A stretch of DNA of 63,588 nt, filler included. It is 12 parts of 12 records of this genome, joined end to end, with 100 filler letters (N's around TTAATTAATTAA, not from the genome) between each part and the next. Parts side by side here need not be neighbours in the genome. Positions count along the whole stretch, not along the records: positions 43,784 to 47,057 come from SRR15195285_2927; positions 47,158 to 54,823 come from SRR15195285_2933; positions 54,924 to 58,931 come from SRR15195285_2945; 9 more parts are not named here. One strand, given 5' to 3'. Each line of letters begins with the position of its first letter. The first letter of the stretch is position 1. The translations under genes and the position numbers were made by a program. The notes beneath the pieces were generated by a model. That model was not told the origin of the DNA. It made no database searches and worked only from the letters and a program-made list of their open reading frames with translations. Positions 44,564 through 54,957 of the stretch are shown here, piece by piece.

Positions 44564-46986
44564 TTAGTCACCCTTCTCGTCATCAAAGTTTGATACAGGA
44601 TTGTCGAAGTCTTTCGCTCCCTGTCCTTTCGACTTTTTGCGCTTGCCCGTCTTACCCTTGCCCTTGCCGTTCTTGCCGTTCTTGCCGTCCTTCTGTTTCT
44701 TCTTGTCCGTTTTCTCACCCTTGTTAGGTTTGCTGTCCTCCGTGTCAAACAATTGATCAGTTGTTGCCTCTGCGTCCAGAATGTTGCCCTGTTCCGTTGT
44801 GGAATTGCCCGCACCTGTCCCAACGTCCACCGCCTCCTGTCTAGCCTGCGCCACTTCCTTCCAGTCTTTCGGTGCCTTGAGGAAGTAATATGTCGCAAAC
44901 ACTCCAACCAGGATGTACACAGCAAGGACGGCAGCCAGTATGGTGGCGAGGTTGTAGCCAGCAGCGATCAGCCTCGTGAACTCTTCCTGTGTGACATCAC
45001 GTGCCGTTGTCCTGCGGCATCACGAGACTCTTACAGTGGGTGTAGTAATAAATCTCTCCAATGGTACTAGGTTGGGTCGCACCTGTTTTTCTCCTTCTGA
45101 AATAGAGGATCGTTCCAGTACTTTGCAGTCAGCTCATCCACGTTGGCAGCGAAGTAGAAGCAGCTCATAAAGATGAAAATGAACGCGAAGAGCGTCACAA
45201 GTAGCAGTATGAGATAGATGCGAAGCACGAGTTTCCGCATTGCTGCTACAGGCAAGAACCATTTCTCGTGGCCAACTACACCAACTAAAGAGACGCAGAT
45301 CATCCAGAGAGCACCAATGGCCAGAATTTGTATAAGCATCGCTTCTTCTCCTTTAGCCTGTATCGCACGCAGGCTATCAAGCGCCTCATCTTTGTTCGTC
45401 GGCGCCTCAAACGCATTGGCAGTGTCCTCATACATAAAGAACCCGAACGCTGCAACCATCAGGCCGTTGACAAAATTGAGAATTGTAGCAAATCCAGAAA
45501 CTTGTGACGCCAGAAAATAGCCACCTCCGAGCGACCTGCATGTCAGGATGATGACCATGATGAGCCCTACGGAGAGCATGACCAGAGTGTACGCTGCTGT
45601 CGGCATCTCGTACAAGACTTCTTCCATCGCTGCGCTGATGGGAATGCTGCAGTTGGCACGTTCGCACGTCTTTGAGCGGAGTGTCGAGACCAGTGAGTCA
45701 GAGACCTCGCCACCTACGCCGTCGCTGTCGGCTACTGCATCTGAGAGGCTGCCGTCGTCCTGCAACAGCTTGCGTTTATCTAGGCCCACCAACTCTGAAA
45801 TCCAGGGGACTTGTAGATAGTCGAAACTAGAGAGCGTGAGACAAATCATGGCCATCAGTACCACGCACGGAGAGCAGAAGAACGCGAACCGCACGAAGAG
45901 CTTTTGTCGTCGCCGTTTCTTCTTGAAGTTTGCTGTGGACATTTGATGCGACGTGATACCGAGGTAAAGCGTCGCAATCAAGAAGCCGCAGGTGCAGAGA
46001 AGCAGCAGCCCGAGGTATGTCATCGCTTTGGTACGTGTGTATACTCCCAGTGCAAAGAGCTCCAATGTGGACACCACCAGGGTGGCTGTGCCACCAAGCA
46101 GCAGCCACTGCCCAATGAACTGCAAGAGCTTAGCAACGCTGTCAAGCAATCGCTGGATGGCTTCTGCACGGTCCTCCTCGTCGATGTCCGCATCGTTGCT
46201 CCCGATGATTGCGAGAGTTCGGTCCATGATGAAGACTGGCTGGCAAAACACCGCGATTGCCATCCACGCCTTCGCCATGACGCGCTTGTAACATCCCTTT
46301 CTCTCTAAACCCAGCAGGTGGTCGGGATCACGGAATGTGGACTGGTTGATGGCTGACACTACCGCAAACAGCAACGTCAAGATGACCGCAGCGTAGCATC
46401 CAGGTGAGCTGCATCCACCGTTGCCGCTGGCCATCGCACCGATGGACAGCCCAGTGGTGAAGTCGTAGCCCAGCGATGCGACTACCATGAGGCCGGAGAT
46501 CGCGCCTGCCAGCGAAGTGAAGATCTGGTTCACGCGGAACTCCCATATGAGGCTCGCGACACCGATGAAATATCCTTGGGCGAGCGAAGTCGCAAAAATG
46601 ATCCAGGCCATCAGCGGGACGACCAGTGGGTAGTTCTCTCTCAGGTGGGCAGCGTACACTGCGCCTGTTGCTGCGGACAGCATAAATCCCCATGTGAATC
46701 CCTGGACACGGATGCCGAACATGCGCGCCTTGATGGCGGCGTACGAGGCCGTGCTGCCCGCGAAGACAGAGGCCCCGATGGTGGTGACAGCCATCACTGA
46801 GAGCTCCAGCGCCGAGACGCGACCGGTCTCGAAATAGGGCTGCAGCCAGGGGATAAGGACCGGCGCCGCAGCAGCGTTGTACACGCAGATGACGCGGACG
46901 GTGTTCGAGACCTTACATCCGAGGTTCGCCAGGAAGGTGCAGCCGAGCAGCGGCACTGCCCGCATCACGATCTGCGAGAGCACCAT
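44564..46986 (-). CDS. Polytopic membrane protein: TMEM198/DUF4203-like N-terminal part plus tetraspanin-like helices and Lys-rich tail; intron about 45012-45083; possibly 5'-truncated
   Basis: More than 12 hydrophobic helices; 'IFTSLAGAISGLMVVASLG'; tetraspanin-like 'ICVSLVGVVG..LRIYLILLLVTLFAFI'; AG|GTGCG..CAG|G joins in frame to ORF 44564-44920. Confidence 0.6.
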
Positions 46987-47157
46987 ATCAACGCACTATG
47001 GCGGGAGCCTCCAGCCGAGGCCTGCGTCCTCCCTCCCTCCCTCCCTCCCTACCTCCCNNNNNNNNNNNNNNNNNNNNNNNNNNNNNNNNNNNNNNNNNNN
47101 NTTAATTAATTAANNNNNNNNNNNNNNNNNNNNNNNNNNNNNNNNNNNNNNNNNNNN

Positions 47158-50077
47158 AGCAGCAGCAGCAGCAGCAGCAGCGGGAGGAGCAGGAGCAGCG
47201 GGAGCAGGACCAGGAGGAGGCTGCGGCGGTCGCGCAGGAGCAGCCTGAGGAGGACCAGCATAGACAAGAGCAGGCACTGATCTACCACCACCAGTCGCAG
47301 AATCAGCCTCCGCCGCCGAACCCGTGGCCCCCGCCACCACCGGGACAGTCATGGCAGGAAGAGCAGCAGAGACAAGAGCAGGCATTAGAGCAGCAGCACC
47401 AGCAGCTCCTGCACGAGCAAGACGCTCTCGAAAAGCAGCGCAAAGCTACCGCTGCAGTTGTTGTGACTGCGGCAGCAGCTTCAGCGGCCGCCTCAGCTCG
47501 GCACAGCCCAGAGCCTACAATCATCACGGTGATGATCAGTGTTTTATCGCACAATGGGGAATTCCAGAAGCGCCAAAAACTGTCTGGGGTGCTGGGACAC
47601 GGCACTATCGCTGATGTCAAGGCCTTGATAGAGCGTCGCTCGGGCCTGACAGCGTCGGCACAGAGGCTCCGAATGGATGACCGAAGCACTCCACCTGATG
47701 ACGCGAGTCTCAAAATGTTGGGCCTTGTTGATGGAAGCCACTTGGAACTGCTACGACCACCTCCGAGGAAACAGTCTGCACCGGTTGCAGCACCAATACC
47801 ATTCATGCCTGTAGCCGCACCAGAGCGCACGAGTAGTGGGAGCAGCTCCGACCGCTCGCCGAAACCCAGTGCGTTTTCAGCGATCGCGGCCCCGCACGCT
47901 GCAGTATCTCGCACTCCAACGCGATCAGGGCGAGCCCAGCAGCTGCAAGCAAACCAGGTGCGTCTGGAGCTGCGTTGCATGTCCGAACTTCAACGATCTG
48001 ATAGATATAGACACCTTGCTCTAGCAAACACCTCTAGCGAACACCGTGCAAATGATGTCCATTTTGCATGCTGTTGACACGGTTTGGTCTGATTACAGAT
48101 GATGATGTCGCCGATGCTGTCGCCGATACGTGCCGACACACTCGATGAAGTCAGCAGTCCGGAGCACGGCGGAGTCGCTGCACTCGTGGAGGTTGCTAGT
48201 TTAGACGATGCAATCGGTACCATCAGCTCGGGAGACGAAATGCTCCGAAGACCGACACAACAGGCGATGAAAGCGGCCGTAACATTGACATGGCCATCGC
48301 CAAACGGACGCATCGCCCGTACGATTTCCGAGCAGATTGATAGCTCGCCGGCTGCCCAGGCGTTCGAGGACGAGATGCTGCGGCACGGTGTTCATGGCTC
48401 TCCGCGTGATACGATGCACCGTGTTTCACCTGCAGCGGTGGCAAGTGGTTTCGACGGTTCTGCTGCCAAGCGGAAGCAAACGACTGAAGCGGCGGCAGCA
48501 GTGTGCATTCAGGCATCATTTCGCGGCCGCCGAGGACGGGCGCATGTGCAGCAATTGCGAGAAGCGACGACACGCGCGGCTGAAGTGCAGCAAAGGGACG
48601 AGCAGCTACTTGCTCAGCAGTCCACAGTTGTCAAGATGCCTGTGACGGATCCATGTGCGGGCGCGCCCCTGCCCAATGATGAGCACATTGCCGATCCACA
48701 GCTGCCGCAGACACAAGCGCGATCGACAAGACGACAGCTGCAGTTTGACGATGCAGCCCCTGTGGATGCGGAAGGCGTGTCGCCAGTGACACAGGCATGT
48801 CAACACCCACTAGAAAGACTCCCTCCGCCACTGCTGCAACTGCTGTGTTGCCCAAGCTCCGCTGTGGCCGCAAGAGCCAATCTTACATTCGCTCATTTGT
48901 TCTTTGGGTAAGATTGCTGTTTGTTTGCCGCTACTGTCTGGTCGCAGCTAATGGTTGCTGTACCACAGCCGGGCGATGAAGTTGACGGTACCTCACCTTT
49001 CTCCCCATCGCCATTTGACGGTGAACAGGTAGCAATTATTGCTGAGGGCTCATCCACCCTGCTGCCTCCATCCGTAATTCCTGCGCCAGTGTCGCACGGC
49101 CCAACTAAGTGGACGATACCAGGCGCAATCGATACCAGCGAACAGATGGAAGTTGGTGAGGGCGATGCCTCCACCGATTCTTTCTCTCCTACATCTGCAG
49201 GACCGACACCTCCAAAAGTTTATCCGACGTCTCCACTGTACTCACATCAAGATGCAGTGCGCGCACCTGCGTCGGTGAGTCTTCGAACAACGGCCATTGT
49301 AATGTGTCGTGCTGGAGCCCAAACGGACTCGCATCTGCGGATGTGCAATTTGTGTACTTAAGGCTTCGTTTGTGTCGCTGTCTGCGTACGCGTGGTATGG
49401 TCCAGAATGCTGGCGGCGCACAGTATGATACTACTGGGTCACCTAAGCCGTGGGTGGGCTCGCTGACTGTTGGGAATGACCCCCGCCACTCGAGTCCAGG
49501 CGAGAACCGATTCAAACAGGACCAGGAAGTCAAACGATCCGCGCGCAAGGCTAGGCAGCAGGCTAAACAGGCGGCACCGCGTCGCCAGACGGGTGCACCA
49601 GATCCGCAAGTGTGCTTGGAAGCGGCTGGATCTACAGAGTCGTCGGTACCCCTAGCGTCGTTTACAGCAGCAGCTCCATCACCAGCACCACCGCCATCGC
49701 CGGTGCCGTTGAAGCCACACAAGCTGTCAGACGTGATCGGCGCCCTGTGGCCGCAATGGGTCGGTCAGTTTGGTCTGGTGACCGGACCGTCCAGTATGGG
49801 GATCGTCGAGGCAACAGCGGCAGATCTTTCGCTCGTGCGTCCTATTGAGCGACCCAACTTGTCGCACTGTCAGCGGCTTGCACCTGTCAACTTACCCATC
49901 TTTCTACGTTGCTGCTCTACTTCGCTGGATGTGGCATTGCACCGTTCACAGGAGCCGTGGCGCGGAGACTCTGACGTTGAGGACGACCCGAACATGCGAT
50001 GCTGGGTGTGGGATGATGCACTTGCTGCGGAGAGAAATCAGAAGCACAAACGATACCTGCCGAAAGGCCCACGGTAG
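47158..50077 (+). CDS. 5'-truncated low-complexity protein with ubiquitin-like domain and IQ motif; multi-exon, exon structure and 3' end uncertain
   Basis: Gln/Glu-rich start; Ubl 'TIADVKALIERRSGLTASAQRLRMDDR..DDASLKMLGLVDGSHLELL'; IQ 'AAVCIQASFRGRRGR'. Confidence 0.55.
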
Positions 50078-50365
50078 CATCGGATGTTCTACCAGGTACA
50101 GGTTTTGCAAGAAGAGTACACTGATGTGCCTGGTACAAGCACTAAGCAGGCACTCGTGGACTACTTGGTGTAGCTGTGGCACGACTGCGTAGAGCTATGT
50201 CTGTGGTATTCGAATATCATTGCTGTTGATTCATGCTCTATCTGTCAATGTATCGAATAATTGCAAACGGGTGGGGAATAGAATCGGTGACGAGTCTCTG
50301 CCTTGATGACTGACATCACATTGATGGGCTGGTGGGCTCAACCATTCGAATGTCAGGAGTTGTGT

Positions 50366-53300
50366 TTACGGCTGATGAATTGCTCGCCGCGCCACCCGTG
50401 CATTTGCGCGGTGCGTGATCGTGGAATCTGAATTTCCTCCTGGGCCAAATCGCGGAGATCCATGATCATCCGGCGAATCGGAATCATCGTCACTATGTCC
50501 GGTCGCGTTCGTGCCCGCCGAGTGGACTTTGAGCCCCCCAAACTTTTGCAGAACACGGATATTGTTCCAATTCTTATTCGCCTGGACTGGTGCGCCCGCA
50601 TTCCATTTGGCATGGGCCGCCGCCGCGTTTTCGTGCGCAAGTTTGAATTTCTCACCGTCTTTTCTTACTTTGAGTGGCACCACCTCCACCTGAAAATCAG
50701 GGAAGCCGGCGTAAAATGCTGCGTGAACGGGTTGCTGATTTGCATCGTGCTTGCTGCCGCCGTTGGTTGCAGAACCGCCGACAACCATACGTTTTCTTGC
50801 CATCCGAGCGTGGCGCCCTACATTTTGCTGCACATGCATAATGCCATCAACAAAGTGCGACGGATCATGGAGCGGAATGCTGTGCTCTTACCGATGCTTC
50901 GCGCTGTGCAGCTGCGACATCCTTGAGCAAGGTGCCAGCCCCTCCGTCTCCGGTAGACTCATCTGCCTCTCGCAAACCCTTCGGCAGAAAGTCGATTGGA
51001 AGAATTTCAGACGGATCGATAGCCGGGTCCATGAAGCCCACTGCCTGATAAATATTGGCGACTAGCTGCGAGCACTTGACTGCATCTGAGCGCAGGTACT
51101 TGTTGCCACAGCAAATTGTGGTACACAAGGTGCTCATCCATTTCGCGCACCCCTGGCACTGCGGCATGAGTGTCGCTAGGCATAGGAAACAGTTGCATGT
51201 GTACGCACGCAGGTAGTATAGTTCATGAATGCGGGTGATCTCGCGCTGTAGCCACTCCTGTTCGATGGGGTCGTCAAAATCGACTTTCTCACCCTCCCAC
51301 GTTGCGTGAAATCTGAGCAGGCATACCTCACCATCATAGTCCTCAATCGCCTCTCGCAGGTTTCGCACTTGCACACCTAATGCGCCTCTGCCAGTCTCTT
51401 CATCCATGACACGACTCGTCCGGTATACGCCAGCGATTCGACCAGACACAGCACTCTCCCACAAATACGGGATCTTCTTGCCGTAGACATCGTTCTCCTG
51501 CAATGAAAATTCCGCACGCGCCCCATCGGACGTTGATGTTAAAGTGATCCGTGGCAAACTGCTTGAAATTTCAGCCAATACGTGTGCAAAAAGTTCCTTC
51601 GGGCGATCGCCGCGGAGCTGATCAGCCGCCTCCGCTGCCAGCTGATCACGGTGCATTAGCTCTCTGTAGCTGTGGGTGTAGTCTGTGCTAATCGTCTGTG
51701 GGCTCATAAACATCTCGACGAACTTCATGTGGTGAATCAGGTGGTCCTCAGGCCGCACCATGTGATTAGCCTTGGCCACGTTTTGGTACACCTTGTTGAT
51801 GCCTTGAATCCACCCATCTTGAACATCTGCCTTACAAGCGTCAAATGCAAGATAAAGCCTGCGTTTAGAGTTGCGAGGATCAATCACAGGGATCACAAAG
51901 CAGTGTTCGCTTTGGTGAAGAAGATGCTTTATGTGTTCCCCTCGGGACAGCGGTTTAGCAGGTGATGCAGTCGCCGCAGGAACAAACTGTTGTCTTGCTG
52001 CGTCGAAGTTTCGAGGATCGATGCGATGATCGATAACGAAAGGCCCGCGCGTGCGCCTGTCCTCCCCAGAGTGCCTGTGGTCCCATGAGATCTGCACGGT
52101 TCCATCAGAGTCATGGTTCACTGTGACAGTGCGCAGGCGCCATTGTCTGGTTCGATACACTTGTATACGGTGATACATCGTGTAGAGTGTGACGATGCGG
52201 AGCAGCCGCACTGATCTCAACACCTGCGCGTACTTGACATGAGTCCCCTCATACTGCAATGCAATAAAGCCTGCGTCGAGGCTCACGAGCGCAAGATCAA
52301 GGTAGTGGTACTTGACTTGCACCCACTCTGCGAACTTCAAACAATACAAGCGAAGCACCAAGTCGAACAGATAGACGGCAGTGAAGAACCAATCCGCGAC
52401 TTGAATATAGAACGTCATCCGAAAGTAATAGAGACAGTCTGCTTCACTCATGTGATCATCGCACCGGGTTCTTAGTCCAGAATTTGTGCTGTTGGTGAGC
52501 GCCGTTGCATTGTTCTCGCCCGCCAGACCCACAAACGAGGAAATATCGATGTACATAGCCTGTAATCCAGTAAAATCAAAGCTTGTGTCACTGAACAGCT
52601 TGTCGTACTGCACAAAGAGCAGTACATAGTTCGCAATCATTGCCGCGATGATCATCGCCAGGAAACAGAAGTACTGCCACGTAAAAAGTGACCTATAGCA
52701 ACGCGTTTTGCATCCCAAATGAGGCATCTCTTCTTTGTATAGAGCCGCGTATTGCCTCCCTAGCGGCGCCATCAGGAGCTCTCCTTGGATGTGGAATTCT
52801 TCACGGTCTATACCTCTGCCATCGCTCTCACTCCATGGTTTCCAATCTACAGGACGAGCATCTGCTTTCTGATGCTGGCGTTGCTCATCTCTTTGTACCG
52901 ATATCGGACCGAGCTTGCGAGGCATGTGCACACGATTTCGAACAGCAAGTTGGCGAGCGCCAGAACAATTTGAGCTCTCCGCCACTTCGAGACGCACCCA
53001 CATATCTTTTCCAGCTGGTGTAGACAGCGCGCCCATTAGAAATTTCGACTCGAGGTTCACGTAACCCTCTGCGACAAGGTCATCTGGCCCGTTGTTGTCA
53101 TGATCCCAAACCTCGACACGGAGCCGCAGCGGCTTGCGTGCTCGCGCTCTACCTGCCCCCCGGGCGACGCGCGGGATCGGCAGACACATCGAGCTATTGA
53201 ACGTTGGATTCGCGCCAGTATTCCAGACCACAGCTGTTTGCACTGGATTCCCACGCTGCAACCCATCTTTGTACACAGATTCTGACGCTAACCGCAAAGA

Positions 53301-54707
53301 TCCATCTGCTGTGCGCGAGCGCCCCACACGTGTTCGAGCCTGCGCCAACGTCTCACGGACTGGCGAATTCGCGTCAGCGCTTGGGTCGTCGTCCACCATC
53401 GACTCGTTCGGTGGGACTGCTGCATTCACGTCACCGTATGGTTCCAGCACAAGGCGAACATATGGACAGTCTTGCACGCCAATGTCGTCGCGGCGATTTG
53501 GCAATCTCTTGCACTTCAACACCACGGCATGCAGTGTGCGATTACAGCCGTCTGAACCGCCACGTCTCCATCCATGCCATGGATTTGAACCTTTATTGCT
53601 GCCATGGGTCTCCACGGAGAGGTTCAGCTGGACGAATGGGAAGTTACCGAGCTCGCCAGTGCGGTCAATCGACCTGCCATGCTTCCAGTAGTGACCCCCG
53701 TGCGGCACGAGCGGTGGCTTGAGGACAAGGCCGACATGAGAGAAGAAGTCGGACCCGCGGTTGCGACTGATTTTTGTGATAGCGTTTGAGACGAAGTCAG
53801 TGCCTCGGAACATGACGAGATCGAAAGTCTTGGCGTCGTCGAATTCGCTTGAGATAACGTCATAGACTTCATTGTCGTGTTTGCCGAGGCCCCGCAAATA
53901 CTCTGTCATCAGGCGCTGTGAATGGTTCCGAGTGGCCAGGGCTCGTGCGTTCTGTACGACACGCAGCAGCTCTCGCCGTGAATCGATGTCCATCATCTGG
54001 ATCTCCTCGCCCAGCGCCGCTGACACGCTGTCTTGCTGAGCTTTCTGTTGTGTGGCTAGCGATCCTGCAGTAACGGCCGTCGGCGCAGCTCTCTCCGTGA
54101 CCGAGGGCTCGGGCTCAGGCGCGGGCTCAGCCCCAGGGCGTGGATCATGTGCACCACGGGTCAGCGACTGCGCGTGCTCCTCGGGAAACAGCAATGCAGA
54201 GAGCTTTTCGGCTTCTATGTTGTCAGCGTGCGTTGCAGTACCATTCTGCAGTTTGAGCAATAGCTGCCGCCACCGAACCATTTCTGCCGGATGCGTGTGA
54301 AATAGAGGGTCCGGGACAGCTGGAGACTTGCTATCTTCGGGCGCGGGGGGCAGGTTCTCATCGTGCATGACCTCGTTTACGAACGCTTCCAGCTCGTGCA
54401 CGTCCGCAGCCTTCGCCACGGTCACTTCCTCCGCACGCTGCTTTTTACCCTCCGCCCACACGCGAAGCGCCGCGCGAGTCTCTTCATCGGTGCGAGGCGG
54501 CATCTCCTCGAGGGCCGCCTCGAATGGCAGATGCTCGCACATGACCTCCTCCAGGAACGCGTCGACATCCCGCAGAGCGAGCAGTCCGCGCGCCACGCTG
54601 CCGCTCTCACCGCTTTCGCCCGCTGATGTCGCCAGCGCGTGCTTCGCCCGCAGCCAGTTCCGCACCGCCCTGTCCTCGTGCGGCTGCAGGTGAGGCCTTG
54701 AGCTCAT
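50366..54707 (-). CDS. Split permuted papain-like (NlpC/P60, YiiX/YebB-type) enzyme with inserted C2 domain and voltage-sensor-like 4-TM domain; probable last intron 50828-50891
   Basis: 1272-codon first exon: 'FDLVMFRG..FSHVGLV' (H324), C2 'PYVRLVL..NPTFN..LRVEVWDHDNNGPDDLVAEG', S1-S4 with 'LRSVRLLRIV', then 'YLWES..GVQVRNL' and 'CSQLVANIYQAVG..ILPIDF' (C1212). TCG|GTAAG..GTGCAG|CAA continues in frame to 50366. Confidence 0.78.
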
Positions 54708-54957
54708 CGCAGCCGCCAGTGCGAACCCCGGGGCAGCCCCACCGCCCGCCCCCCGGTGTGTACACCGACCACGCGCTGCGCCAGCGCCGGCGCAGCCACC
54801 ACCACCAGGACGCCGTCGCTTTCNNNNNNNNNNNNNNNNNNNNNNNNNNNNNNNNNNNNNNNNNNNNTTAATTAATTAANNNNNNNNNNNNNNNNNNNNN
54901 NNNNNNNNNNNNNNNNNNNNNNNCCCCTAATGCATGCATGTGTAACTGGTTGCCGGG

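Noticed and set aside
52150-52690. 4-TM module as an Hv1 proton channel
   Set aside because: It lacks the S1 Asp and the S4 RxWRxxR Trp that define Hv1, so it is treated as a generic voltage-sensor-like domain.
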